DNA of 64,000 nt from an uncultured Candidatus Rokubacteria bacterium (lineage in GTDB: Bacteria; Methylomirabilota; Methylomirabilia; Rokubacteriales; DASRDR01). The notes below the pieces were generated by a model. That model saw only the letters and a program-made list of their open reading frames with translations, ran no database searches and was not told the DNA's origin. This document shows, in pieces, positions 9,590-19,751 of the stretch (the stretch's first letter is position 1; every line of letters begins with the position of its first letter). Location: positions 416,001 to 480,000 of the forward strand of contig CAWDVE010000013.1 in assembly GCA_963805625.1 (NCBI GenBank), in the 5' to 3' direction. A program made the translations under genes and the position numbers.

Positions 9590-10138
9590 ATGACACCAGT
9601 GCAGGCGAAAACGCAGACAGGCTTCGTGACCGTTCTCGCAGCGCCGGGCCGCTCGCCCGAGATCCCTGACACGATGGACGTCTACGGGTGGCTCGTCGGG
9701 AGCTGGGACCTGGACGTCCGCCGCTACCGGGGTGTCGACGTCGCCGGGCGCGGCCTCGAGGGCGAAGTTCACTTCGGCTGGGTGCTGGAGGGCCGCGCCA
9801 TTCAGGACGTCTGGATCATGCCTCGACGCTCCGAGCGCACCGGGAGCGAGGAGAAGACCCAGAACATGTACGGCACCACCTTTCGCATGTGGGATCCGGC
9901 GATCCAGGCCTGGCGCATCACCTGGAAGAATCCGGCCGCGGGGCACTATGAGGAGCAGATCGGCCGCCGGATCGGCCCCGACATCGTCCAGGTCGGCGCC
10001 CGGGCCAACGGCACGCCGACGCGCTGGATGTTCACCGAGATCACACCGGAGTCGTTCCGGTGGCTCGGCGACGCCCTGGAGCCGGACGGCAAGACCTGGA
10101 AGCTTGAGGCGGAGTTCCGTGCCAGGCGGCGCCGCTGA
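9590..10138 (+). CDS. Conserved hypothetical beta-rich protein
   Basis: YGWLVGSWDLD...FGWVLEGRAIQDVW...YGTTFR; AGGAGG RBS. Confidence 0.75.
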   Translation: MTPVQAKTQTGFVTVLAAPGRSPEIPDTMDVYGWLVGSWDLDVRRYRGVDVAGRGLEGEVHFGWVLEGRAIQDVWIMPRRSERTGSEEKTQNMYGTTFRMWDPAIQAWRITWKNPAAGHYEEQIGRRIGPDIVQVGARANGTPTRWMFTEITPESFRWLGDALEPDGKTWKLEAEFRARRRR

Positions 10139-10286
10139 GGCGATGGGTCGGGGGCGAGCGGCGATCCGCCCCGGGGCGGGATCGGCTTTGAGAGAAATGG
10201 CGCGTCCTCCGACGTGGAACCGGCTGAGACCGTCGCCCAACGTCAGACGCGCGAGGAAGAACGGCGCGAAGACGGGCTCATTGAAG

Positions 10287-11390
10287 TCATGCGTTGGTGG
10301 CGGACGAAGCCGAGGTCCCGATTCCGCGCCATTGATCCGGTGGTGGCGGGCGGCCACTGCGATTCGCGCTGAGCAGCGATCGTAGTCGCCACACACCAAA
10401 CAGAAACACCGGAAGTGGGAAGAGGGCAAACAGGTACGCACCACCGAAGCCGCGCACGACCACAACGTCCTTGGGGTCCATCGGGGTGAACCAGCACGGC
10501 ACCGTGCTGCCGAGCGCCCATCGCTGCAACTCTTGCTGCGCGTTCGAACCGCTGCCAATTTGAAGCCGCGACCCCGTATCGAAGCCGGTGGAAATCGTCT
10601 CGACGCCGGCGGCCCGGTAGCGCAGCGCCAGCCGCTTGTCGAAGTGGGTGGTCATCCGTGTCGTCGGCGATCGGCCCGTCCCGGTCGTGGTGGTCTCGAT
10701 TCTCACCCTACGGTCGAGCACGGTACAGGTCGTCTCGGGCCACGAGAGGGATCGCCAGTCGCGCCGGGCCATGCTCGCGAAAATGGTCCAGAAACCGAGA
10801 GCGAGAGCCACCGCCAGGACGGCGGCGAGCGGCCCGACGCCTCGCGCGAGGACGCTTGGGACCGCCCGTCCTCGCCACGCGCTCGACGACCTGCGGCTGG
10901 CGTGCATGCGGACGAGAAGCCACAGCATCGGCACCGCCATGACGAATCCGAGCACGATCAGCCCGACCGAAGTGATGCGCACGCCCCCGAGTACGACGCC
11001 ATCGGACGACGGTCGCGTCCCGATTTCGGTCGAGATGCCGTCAAGATAGGACACCTGGGCATAGAAGTCCTGGAGCGCGATTCGCGGGCTGAGCACATGG
11101 CCGCCCGCATCGCGGGGCGCAACCACTCGGAACGAGAAGCTTCGGTCCGCGCCGGCCGGTAGGGCCACGCTGGTCTCGATCGACTTGTTCGCCACATCCA
11201 CCCGTGCCCCGTCGAGCCCGCCGAGGTCAACGAACATGCCTTCGAGCGGGAGCGTCACCCGTAGCTGCGCCGCGACGCTTTCCGCCTCTCCAGTATTGCG
11301 CAGCGTCACCTGGTAACGGACGACATCACCCTCGAGCGGGGCGCTCGGATCGACGGCGATGGTCGAGCGGCTGAAGTCCGGCTTCGGCAC
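10287..11390 (-). CDS. DUF11 (Ig-like) plus DUF3592 membrane protein
   Basis: GDVVRYQVTLRNTG Ig-like motif; C-terminal WPETTCTVL...TM segments. Confidence 0.7.
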   Translation of the reverse strand: MPKPDFSRSTIAVDPSAPLEGDVVRYQVTLRNTGEAESVAAQLRVTLPLEGMFVDLGGLDGARVDVANKSIETSVALPAGADRSFSFRVVAPRDAGGHVLSPRIALQDFYAQVSYLDGISTEIGTRPSSDGVVLGGVRITSVGLIVLGFVMAVPMLWLLVRMHASRRSSSAWRGRAVPSVLARGVGPLAAVLAVALALGFWTIFASMARRDWRSLSWPETTCTVLDRRVRIETTTTGTGRSPTTRMTTHFDKRLALRYRAAGVETISTGFDTGSRLQIGSGSNAQQELQRWALGSTVPCWFTPMDPKDVVVVRGFGGAYLFALFPLPVFLFGVWRLRSLLSANRSGRPPPPDQWRGIGTSASSATNA

Positions 11391-11579
11391 GGCGGTTCTC
11401 CTCAGGCGCGTCGATCATAGCTCAGCACCCGAGCGTTATCGGCTGAGCGCGTCGAGTGCCTCTAACGTGACCGGTTTGGCCAGGAGCGCGTCGAAGCCGA
11501 ACACTCCACGTCTTGAAGGTCAGGGCGACCTGGCGCCCGAGACGGAGCCTCAGCAGGGCCGACGCAGAGGCGATCTTCG

Positions 11580-12242
11580 CTACAGGAGACTGCGAAGACC
11601 GGCGATCGCGCGGTCGCAGGCCGGCGCCACCGCCTCGGCGACGCCTGCCGTCCACAGGGCGGTGACGATCGCCGTGAACACGTCCGCCGTATAATGAGCC
11701 CGCAGGACCAGCACGGCCCCCGCCTCGAACAGGACGATCGCCACGCCCAAGACCGCCAAGCCCTCGCCGCCCAGACGCGCCAGCTCAAGCGCGCCGTAGG
11801 TCGCGATCGCGGTGTGCCCTGAGAAGAACAGGTCGGTGGCGGTCCCGTAGGTCACGAGGAGCGACGGCACGCCCGGACGGCGCCAGATCATCCCCTCGGG
11901 GGGCGCGAACGCGCAGAGCCCCTGACAGAGCTGACGCAGGGCGAAGAGCAGCAGGAGGCCGATGAACGGGCGGAACGTCGGGCCGAAGATCGCCGCGCCG
12001 AGCAGGAAGAGGCCGAGCGCGTCGATCACGAGGGAGCTCGCGATCAGCAGCGCGTCGGCCACGCGCGGGTGCGCGAGGAGGTAGCGGTTCAGCGGCGCCG
12101 TCCACGTGTGCACCACGTCCCCGATGCCGCCAACCGGCCACGGCCGCTGGCCGATGAGGCGCTGCGTCCAGAACCAGAGGCCGAGGCCCACAGCGACGAG
12201 CACCGCGCGGGTCAGCCACAACGCCGGATCGGCGCCGGTCAC
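11580..12242 (-). CDS. PAP2-like / sphingomyelin-synthase-like membrane protein
   Basis: C-terminal part of ORF 11580..13772 from GTG 12242; DLFFSGHT and RAHYTADV motifs; 4-nt overlap with the MFS stop. Confidence 0.82.
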   Translation of the reverse strand: MTGADPALWLTRAVLVAVGLGLWFWTQRLIGQRPWPVGGIGDVVHTWTAPLNRYLLAHPRVADALLIASSLVIDALGLFLLGAAIFGPTFRPFIGLLLLFALRQLCQGLCAFAPPEGMIWRRPGVPSLLVTYGTATDLFFSGHTAIATYGALELARLGGEGLAVLGVAIVLFEAGAVLVLRAHYTADVFTAIVTALWTAGVAEAVAPACDRAIAGLRSLL

Positions 12243-13483
12243 GCGATCCCCATCGCCTGCATGTCGCGCGCGAGCGTCCGGCGGCCGGCGAGCAGCACGA
12301 CACCTGCGAGCGCGAGCATCGCCCCGGTCACGAGGACGGGCACCGTGAGCCCCACGGTGTCCGAGGCGACCCCGATCAGCCACGGAGAGGCGGCGTCGCC
12401 GAGCAGGTGCATGACCATCGTGGTCATTGCGAAGCCGCGCGCCCGGAGGTCCGCCGGCAGGACGTTGGCCATGGCCGCGTTCAGCGGCCCGATGTTCACG
12501 AAGAGGAGCACCAAGGTCACGAACATCGCCGGCCAGAACACGCGTGGCGACGGCGCCAGGATCGCGGGCACGGTGAACGCAAGCGAGGCCGTGAGGGTCC
12601 AGCCGGAGACGAGGAAGTGCGCAGCCGGCGCGCGGCGCGCGAAGGTGTCGCCGAGCCGTCCGCCCACGAGCGTCCCGAGGAAGCCCGCGATCACCAGCAG
12701 CAGGCCGAAGGTCGAGGCCGCGGTCGCCAGCGGAATGCCGCGCTCGCGCACGAAGTACGTCGGCATCCAGGTCGCCAGCCCGCCCATCGCGAACGTGTAG
12801 ATCACCTGAGCGAGGGTGTTGCAGACATAGCTGCGCCGCGCCAGCAGCGCGCGGAGCGACGCTCCGAGCGTCAGAGGCGTGCTCGCCGTCACGCCACCGG
12901 GATCGTACGCGCCGCGCGCCGGCTCGCGGATCGCGAGCAGCAGGAATGCCAGCAGAAGCCCGGGCGCCCCGGCGAGGAAAAAGGCGGAGCGCCAACCGTG
13001 CCGCTCGCCCACGAGCCCGCCGACGATGTACCCGAGCGCCGTGCCGACCGGGATCGCGGCGTAGAAGATCCCCAGCACCCGCGCCCGTCGCTCGGCCGGG
13101 TAGCAGTCCGACAGGAGCGAGGGCGTGACGACGGCGTAGCTCGCCTCGCCCACCCCGACGACGGCGCGTGCCAGCAGAAGCGCCAGGTACGCCGGCGCCA
13201 GCCCGGAGGCCACCGTGGCGGCGCTCCAGACGAAGACCCCGACCGCGGCGAGACGCGTCCGGCTGCCGCGGTCCCCCAGCCAGCCGACGATCGGGCAGAC
13301 GAGCGCGTACGTGACGATGAACACGGACTGCAGCAACCCCCCGGCGGCATCCGAGAGCGCCAGCGAGGCGAGGATCAGCGGCAAGGTCGCCGCCCCCACG
13401 TAGCGATCGACGTAGTTGAGCCCGTTGAGCCCGGTCAGGATCGAGAGGACGACGCCCGGCGAGCTGCGCCAGGAGGGACTCAC
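12239..13483 (-). CDS. Spinster-like MFS transporter
   Basis: LNYVDRY, GWLGDR, VGVGEASYAVVTPSLLSD, AIPVGTALGY, HLLGDA. Confidence 0.88.
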   Translation of the reverse strand: MSPSWRSSPGVVLSILTGLNGLNYVDRYVGAATLPLILASLALSDAAGGLLQSVFIVTYALVCPIVGWLGDRGSRTRLAAVGVFVWSAATVASGLAPAYLALLLARAVVGVGEASYAVVTPSLLSDCYPAERRARVLGIFYAAIPVGTALGYIVGGLVGERHGWRSAFFLAGAPGLLLAFLLLAIREPARGAYDPGGVTASTPLTLGASLRALLARRSYVCNTLAQVIYTFAMGGLATWMPTYFVRERGIPLATAASTFGLLLVIAGFLGTLVGGRLGDTFARRAPAAHFLVSGWTLTASLAFTVPAILAPSPRVFWPAMFVTLVLLFVNIGPLNAAMANVLPADLRARGFAMTTMVMHLLGDAASPWLIGVASDTVGLTVPVLVTGAMLALAGVVLLAGRRTLARDMQAMGIA

Positions 13484-14793
13484 AGCCGCGCCACGTCACG
13501 CGCGAGCGCCTCGCGCTCGGCCACGAGGTCCTCGTGCAGCCGGCGGTCCGCGAGGAAGCGCGCGAATGCGCGCGCCTGCCGCGCCGCTCGCTCGAGTCGG
13601 GCCCGCCAGGCGAGGGCCACGAGCCCCGACGGCACGAGCAGGAAAAGCACCACCGCGAGCCCGAGACTGCCTGCGAGGCGCCAAACGACCCAACCCTCGG
13701 CGGCCCAGAGCATCGGGTAGAGGACGAGTCCGACGGCCATCTTGTCGGTCGCCTCCTCCTCCTCGGTGGCACGGAGCCGCCGGACCACGGCGTCGGTGAG
13801 AACGTACGGGGCCGCGTGCAGGACCATGCCGACGATCGCCAGCGGGAGGCTCACCGCGAGGCGGGCGGCGTTCGTGACCACCCAGCGCAGCACGACGCGG
13901 ACCGTGTAGGGCCGACCGAGCTCGTCGTCCGCGAGGCCGGCCTCCGCCAGCCGCTCGCGATAGCGCTCGAGACGCCCGCGAAACTCAGCGACGCGATCGG
14001 GCGCGCGCGTCGCCAGCTCCCGCGCCGCCTGCATCACGCGGCGGCGCCAGGCAAGCGACTCGGCCGCGGCGGCCGGCACCGGCAGGCCGGCCGACCGTCG
14101 GACCACGCCCTCCAGCACGCCGAGCAGCTCGACGGTCTGCTGGTCTTCCGCCTCGATGATCTCGGCGCGCAGCGCCTGCGTGAGGCGCTCCGTCAGCTGG
14201 CGCACAGCCGCCTCCGGCGCCGCCGCATACTCCGCCAGGCAGTCGTCGATCGCCACCGGCATCCCGATCGCGACGACCGCGGACGCGTCGCGAAACGTCC
14301 CCGGGCGCTCGAAGACGAGCCCGACCGGCAACAGCACGGTGCCGTGCCGCTGGCCGCCCGTCTCCGCGCCGAGCAGGATGCGCGCGGCCCCGGTACGGAG
14401 CGGTAGCAGCGTGGGCCGCGGCTGGGTGCGCCCTTCCGGGAAGATGAGGACGACACCACCCGCGCGCAGGGCGGCGATGACGGTGGCGAACATCGCGTCG
14501 TTCTTCCGGGGGTCGTCCCCCGACTCCGCGCGGCGATGCACGGGCACCGCCCCCATGATCCGGAGGAAGGGGCCGATGAACGGATGACGGAACAGCGGGG
14601 CATTCGCGAGCACGGTCACCCGGCGTGGAAACGTGCCGAGCACCAGCATGGCGTCCACCACGGAGTTGTGGTGGTTGGCCGCCACCAGGAGCGGACCCCG
14701 CAGGGGGATCCGCTCGGCGCCGACGACGTCAACGCGGCGATAGAACAGCCACAGCAGGAGCCGGATGACGCCTCGGACGGCGCGGTAGCCCAT
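13480..14793 (-). CDS. Glycerolipid acyltransferase (PlsC superfamily) with C-terminal membrane extension
   Basis: ANHHNSVVD (HxxxxD), IFPEG, LRTGAAR motifs. Confidence 0.88.
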   Translation of the reverse strand: MGYRAVRGVIRLLLWLFYRRVDVVGAERIPLRGPLLVAANHHNSVVDAMLVLGTFPRRVTVLANAPLFRHPFIGPFLRIMGAVPVHRRAESGDDPRKNDAMFATVIAALRAGGVVLIFPEGRTQPRPTLLPLRTGAARILLGAETGGQRHGTVLLPVGLVFERPGTFRDASAVVAIGMPVAIDDCLAEYAAAPEAAVRQLTERLTQALRAEIIEAEDQQTVELLGVLEGVVRRSAGLPVPAAAAESLAWRRRVMQAARELATRAPDRVAEFRGRLERYRERLAEAGLADDELGRPYTVRVVLRWVVTNAARLAVSLPLAIVGMVLHAAPYVLTDAVVRRLRATEEEEATDKMAVGLVLYPMLWAAEGWVVWRLAGSLGLAVVLFLLVPSGLVALAWRARLERAARQARAFARFLADRRLHEDLVAEREALARDVARL

Positions 14794-15096
14794 GGCGCTC
14801 CGCCCATCCTAGCATCGCGGATACGCGCGACCGCGACGATCCGTCACGCCGCGCACCGTTCCCGGTGAATCACGACGGTCTCAGGGCAGTGCTCGAGCTC
14901 GACTAGGCATCGCGGCCATAGCCGGCCCCCGTCGAGTGTGCGCTCAGCGAGGGGCGGAGGCGCCTGCCTTCTCCCACGCGGTGATCTCCTCCTCCGCGAT
15001 GTGGAAGCCGAGGAGCGCCAACAGCGACGCGATCCGTTCGCGGTCGTCGGCGGCGTCGGTCAGATCGGCACGTCGAGACCGAGTCGGTGTCAGCCG

Positions 15097-16299
15097 TCAG
15101 CCGACCAGGAGCGCGCGAATGCGAGCGGCGATGACCCGCTCGTCCCCGGGCCGGAGCCCGTTTGGATCCACCAGCAGGATGCCGCGGGACGTCTCGCGCT
15201 CGCTGAGGTGGACGGGCGGCTCTCCCTGCTGGAGCGCCCGGCTGAGCGCCACAGCGCTTCGCCCCATGGTCGCCTCGTCGAACACCAGCTCGAGGAGCGG
15301 GGCCCGGCCGGTCTCTCGGGCGGGGCGCACCCGCGCTCGGACGTGCGGGACGCCGACCAGGTCGTCGGCCAGCGCTGCCAGCCGGGATTCGCTCTCCGCC
15401 AGCTCGGCGTCCACGTCCAGGGTGGCGAAGCGCTCGAGGGCCACCAGGAGCCCGACGATCTCCTCCTTGCCCGCCTTGAACCCGCGCCCGAGGCCATGGT
15501 GCGGGATGCCGCGCAGAGCCGCCCGCGGGATCAGACTCTCCGGGGGATCCCAGGTCTCGGGGGCGACGTCCATGTCGAGCTGCTGGAGCGCCGCCGCCGC
15601 GATCAGTGGCTGGCGCCCGGACAGGATGCCGGTGCTCTGCGGCCCCCGGATGGCCTTGCCGCCGCTGAAGGCGACGAGCGCGGCCCCCTCGCTGATGAAG
15701 CGGCGGAGGTTGCTGACCGGCGGGAGCTGGGCAGCGGCATCGACGATCACGGGCAGACCGTGTCGCGCGGCCAGCGCGGTGACCAGGCGCAGCGGCGGGT
15801 CGTCCGCCGGCGTGGCCGTGTACGCGATCGCCACCACCTCGGGCGTGATCGCGGCCTCCAGCTCCCACTCCTCCACGCCCCGCACCCCCGCCCCCATCCC
15901 GCGGTCGTTGAAGCCGACCTCGCGGATCCGCGCACCGGCCGCCCGGATCGCGTGGTCGTACCCCGTGCGGTGGGTCCGGCACATCAGCACCTGGTTCGGC
16001 ATGCCGTCCGTGTCCGGCAGGCGGTCCATGCGGGCGGCGTCGAGTCCGGTCAGACAGGCGGCCGTGGCGAGCGTGAGGGCCGCCGCCGCGCCGGTGGTGA
16101 CGAGCCCCGCCTCGGCGCCGGTATGCGCGGCGATCACCGCGCTCGCGGCCGCCTGGAGCTCCGCGATGTCCACGAAGCTCCCGGCCGCCTCGCGCATCGC
16201 GTCCAGCACCTCGGAGGGGATCAGGCTGCCCCCGAGCCGCGTGACCAGACCGGCGCCGTTGATGCGCGTCCGGATGCCGAGCTGCCGGTAGACGTCCAT
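15097..16299 (-). CDS. SelA-like / DgaE-family PLP-dependent enzyme
   Basis: INGAGLVTRLGGS, VIVDAAAQ, FSGGKAIRGPQSTG, GRGFKAGKEE. Confidence 0.85.
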   Translation of the reverse strand: MDVYRQLGIRTRINGAGLVTRLGGSLIPSEVLDAMREAAGSFVDIAELQAAASAVIAAHTGAEAGLVTTGAAAALTLATAACLTGLDAARMDRLPDTDGMPNQVLMCRTHRTGYDHAIRAAGARIREVGFNDRGMGAGVRGVEEWELEAAITPEVVAIAYTATPADDPPLRLVTALAARHGLPVIVDAAAQLPPVSNLRRFISEGAALVAFSGGKAIRGPQSTGILSGRQPLIAAAALQQLDMDVAPETWDPPESLIPRAALRGIPHHGLGRGFKAGKEEIVGLLVALERFATLDVDAELAESESRLAALADDLVGVPHVRARVRPARETGRAPLLELVFDEATMGRSAVALSRALQQGEPPVHLSERETSRGILLVDPNGLRPGDERVIAARIRALLVG

Positions 16300-16572
16300 G
16301 CAGCTACTCGATCTGACACCTGTCGTGTCGGCCGCGCCGAACCAGGACCGCGTCAGCGCAGCGCGTCAGACAGGGCTCTCGTATCACCGGGCCGTCCGTC
16401 TGTCTCCTGGAGCATCGTCGCTGCGTACACCCGCCGCCCACAGGTCCGAGCATCTCGTGATGCCCGTCGCGCGCCCGCACGCCGCCGAACGCCTTCACGA
16501 CGTCAGGCGCAGCGAGCGCCAGAAGGCGGATCGGCGGGCTGGCGCCGCGACGCCCCGGGGCGGGCCGGTGCG

Positions 16573-17889
16573 TCATCGGAGCGCGTGGAGCGCTCGGTCC
16601 AGCACGACCGCGATCTCTTCGACCTCCCGCTCCGTCATCGGCGTGGACAGGCAGCCGAGGCCGTTCGTGTTGACGACCACGCCCGCGTCCAGCAGGGCGT
16701 GGCACAGGCGGTCGGCCCGCGCCCCCGCCTCGGGGTCCACGTCGCGGTAGTTCCGGAGCGGCCGGCCGGACAGGACGATCTGGAACAGCGACGCGGCGCC
16801 CGTCACCTGCCCCGCGACCCCGTTCGCCCGGAGCACCTCGGCGAGCCGCGCCCGGAGCCGCGTCCCAAGCGTTTCCAGCCGCTCGAACTCCGGCTCCGTC
16901 ATCGCGTGCATCGCCGCGAGCCCGGCCGCCATCGTCACCGGGTTCCCGCTGAACGTCCCGCCGGACAGGATCCGCGGGCCGCTCGTGCCGGGATCGAACA
17001 CGTTCATCACCCCCGTGCGGCCGCCGGTCGCGCCGACCGGGAAGCCGCCGCCCATGATCTTCCCGAGCACGGTGAGGTCGGGGTCCCCCCCGTACCGCCC
17101 CTGCGCGCCCCGATATCCGACCCGGAACGAGATGACTTCATCGAAGATGAGGAGGATGCCGTGGCGGCGGGTCACGTCGCGGAGGAAAGCGAGGAACCCG
17201 TCGGCGGGCGGGATGAACCCCATCTGGTTGGCGAGCGGGTCCACGATCACGGCGGCGAGCTCGGTGCGATGACGCTCGATCAAACGCTCGCAGGCATCGC
17301 GGTCGTTCCAGGGCAGGACGAGCGTCTCCAGCACGCGGTGCTTCGGGATGCCGCCGGAAGACGGCACGCTGGCGGGCGCCTCGTCCGGCCCCCAGTTCTC
17401 GGGCCTCGAGTTGAAGCTCACCTGGACGTCATCGTAGTAGCCGTGGTAGGCGCCCTCGAACTTCGCAATCCGGTCCCGTCCCGTATAGGCGCGCGCGGCC
17501 TTGATGGCCATCATGACGGACTCGGTACCGGAGTTGCCGAACCGGATCCGCTCGAGGCCCGCGACCCGCTCGCACAAGAGCTCGGCGAGCGCGACCTCCT
17601 CCGGCGTGGAGCTCGCGAAGGCGCTCCCGCGCGCCAGCTGACGCGTGACCGCCTCCACGATCGGGCGGAACCCGTGGCCATGGATCAGGGCCGTGAAGTT
17701 GTTCAGCGCGTCGAGCCGCCCGATGCCGTCCACGTCCGTCACGCGACAGCCCGCGCCGGAGGCGACATAGCACGGGTGCGGCCGGATGCGCATGTTCGCC
17801 TTCGAGGTGCCGCCGGGGATGACCTTCCGGGCGCGCTCGAAGAGCCGGGCGGATGCCGAGCGGTCATCGTGTCCCTTCGTCACCTGCAT
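16573..17889 (-). CDS. Class III aminotransferase (glutamate-1-semialdehyde aminomutase-like)
   Basis: NSGTES, FEGAYHG, IFDEVISFR, LGKIMGGGFP, GTFSGNP; start uncertain. Confidence 0.9.
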   Translation of the reverse strand: MQVTKGHDDRSASARLFERARKVIPGGTSKANMRIRPHPCYVASGAGCRVTDVDGIGRLDALNNFTALIHGHGFRPIVEAVTRQLARGSAFASSTPEEVALAELLCERVAGLERIRFGNSGTESVMMAIKAARAYTGRDRIAKFEGAYHGYYDDVQVSFNSRPENWGPDEAPASVPSSGGIPKHRVLETLVLPWNDRDACERLIERHRTELAAVIVDPLANQMGFIPPADGFLAFLRDVTRRHGILLIFDEVISFRVGYRGAQGRYGGDPDLTVLGKIMGGGFPVGATGGRTGVMNVFDPGTSGPRILSGGTFSGNPVTMAAGLAAMHAMTEPEFERLETLGTRLRARLAEVLRANGVAGQVTGAASLFQIVLSGRPLRNYRDVDPEAGARADRLCHALLDAGVVVNTNGLGCLSTPMTEREVEEIAVVLDRALHALR

Positions 17890-18234
17890 CTCCTCCCTGG
17901 GCCGGCGCGTTCCGACGGGTCGCACGGCACGCCGGGCCGGCCGCGCGTCGCGGCCCCACTGTACCACCGTGGCGGCTCGCCCGAGGGCACGGCAGGCGCT
18001 CGCGAACGCAGCCGAGCCTCCCGCCCCTGTGATTCAGGCCAAACCCTGGGGCGGAAGGGGACGGGGACGGCTCCAGAATCTCGTCGTAGAAGCCGGACAA
18101 ACGGGTACTTCGGCGGCCTAGAATCGCGTCGAGATGGCCAGGCCGGGCCTCGGTATGGGGACGCGTGGAGAACGGTCCCAAAGTGGGCAGTTGTCTGCTA
18201 CCCTGACCGCGCTCCAGCAAGGGAGCCGCATGCA

Positions 18235-18440
18235 ATGAAGTGTCCCCGGCAGCACGAGACCGCCCCAACGATGAAGTTCTGCGGGGAGTGCGGCACGCCC
18301 CTCACAGCGGCCTTGGCAAGCTGTACCCGCGCACCGGCGACCACGCGAAGGCCGAGGAGCACTTGCCTACCACGACGGCGATGTACCGTGGGCATGAGCT
18401 TCTGGCTGGCGAAGGCGGACACGGTTGGCGCCGGAGGGGA
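18235..18440 (+). pseudogene. Internally deleted zinc-ribbon adenylate cyclase/TPR gene
   Basis: N-terminus MKCPRQHE...MKFCGECGTPL is joined directly to the typical C-terminus GLGKLYPRTGDHAKAEEHL...MYR..MSFWLAKA. Confidence 0.65.
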
Positions 18441-18443
18441 CCC

Positions 18444-19430
18444 ATGACGCCAGTTGCAACGGTCGGCCTCCTGGTCCTGGCCCTCCTCGCCGCGCCGCTC
18501 GCCGCCGAGGGGCAGCCAGCCGACAAGGTCTATCGGATCGGGGTGCTCAGGGCCGGAGCTCCCGCGATCCCCTCCAGGCCATCCTTGTCGCTCGACGGCT
18601 TCCGAGAACGTCTGCGCGAGCTGGGGTACGTAGAGGGGCGAAACGTCGCGATCGAGTACCGGTGGGCGGGAACGCCAGATCTGTTTCTGGACCTTGCCGC
18701 TGAGCTCGTGCGCCTCAAGGTCGACGTCATCGTCGCCGGATCTTTCCCGGGGGCTCGGGCTGCCAAGGAAACGACGAGCACGATTCCTATCGTGACGATC
18801 AGTGCGGATCCCGTCGGGACCGGTCTCGTGGCAAGCCTGGCACGGCCGGGCGGCAATGTGACCGGATTCTCCTACATGACGCCCGAGTTGAGCGGAAAAC
18901 GCCTCGAACTCCTGAAGGCGACGGTTCCCGGGCTCACCCGAGTGGCCATGCTCTGGAACCCGGCTAACTCACACGAAGTGCTGGCGTTCAAGGAACTGGA
19001 ACTTGCAGCTCGGCCGTTGGGAGTGACCCTTCAGCCGGTCGAGGTGCGAGCAGCCCATCAGTTCGAGTCCGCATTCTCGGCGCTGATGCAGGGACACGCC
19101 GACGCGCTCATCGTCTTCGAGAACGTCGTCAACATTACTCAGCGACGGCTCATTATCGACTTTGCGGCGAAGAGTCGGTTGCCGGCGATGTATGAGCGCA
19201 GGGAGTTCGTGGATGACGGGGGGCTGATCGCCTACGGGCCCAGCGTCCCCGAGATGTACCGTCGAGCCGCGGTCTACGTGGACAGGATTTTCAAAGGGGC
19301 CAAGCCCGCCGACCTGCCTATTGAGCAACCCACGAAGTTCGAGTTCGTCATCAACCTCAAGACCGCGAAGACGCTCGGCCTTACGATCCCACCTTCGGTG
19401 CTCGCGCGGGCGGATGAGGTCATCCAGTAA
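18444..19430 (+). CDS. ABC transporter substrate-binding protein (ABC_sub_bind family)
   Basis: Signal peptide, LRELGYVEGRN, DPVGTGLVASLARPGG, GAKPADLPIEQPTKFEFVINLKTAK. Confidence 0.92.
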   Translation: MTPVATVGLLVLALLAAPLAAEGQPADKVYRIGVLRAGAPAIPSRPSLSLDGFRERLRELGYVEGRNVAIEYRWAGTPDLFLDLAAELVRLKVDVIVAGSFPGARAAKETTSTIPIVTISADPVGTGLVASLARPGGNVTGFSYMTPELSGKRLELLKATVPGLTRVAMLWNPANSHEVLAFKELELAARPLGVTLQPVEVRAAHQFESAFSALMQGHADALIVFENVVNITQRRLIIDFAAKSRLPAMYERREFVDDGGLIAYGPSVPEMYRRAAVYVDRIFKGAKPADLPIEQPTKFEFVINLKTAKTLGLTIPPSVLARADEVIQ

Positions 19431-19751
19431 ATGCTTAACGGGGGCGAGTTGCCACGGTGGATCATCATCGTGCGGCGTGACAAACCTGGGCTCTACGAGC
19501 ACCTACGCGAGAGCTACGAGGGAGATGCCAGGGTAGAGGTGATCTTGGACCGGCGACTGGCGGCCTCGACGGAGATGCCTGCCGAGGCGAATGCGCGACG
19601 AGCGGAGCGCAGAATTCGCGACCGGCGCGCTGCTGCGCAAGGCGATCGGCGCCAGGCGGCGCGACGTCAGCCGCTCGCACTCTCGCAGCATGACTTCTGG
19701 GTCACCGAGGGGTTCTTCATGGTCCGACGTGTAACCGATACGTCGGCATGA
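19431..19751 (+). CDS. Hypothetical protein with 'VILDRR...ERR..DRR' motif
   Basis: IIIVRRDKPGLYEHLRESY...VEVILDRR; directly follows the SBP gene. Confidence 0.65.
   Translation: MLNGGELPRWIIIVRRDKPGLYEHLRESYEGDARVEVILDRRLAASTEMPAEANARRAERRIRDRRAAAQGDRRQAARRQPLALSQHDFWVTEGFFMVRRVTDTSA

Noticed and set aside
15097-16299. Possible selA (selenocysteine synthase), which would fit the Sec findings
   Set aside because: At 400 aa it appears to lack the N-terminal tRNA-binding domain and matches SelA-like/DgaE enzymes; no selB or selC is adjacent. Not used as evidence for Sec.
14938-18447. Long alternative-frame ORFs (e.g. 1169 aa here, 787 aa at 25697, 798 aa at 58717)
   Set aside because: Antisense shadows of real genes in high-GC DNA; Arg/Pro/Ala-rich with no motifs.
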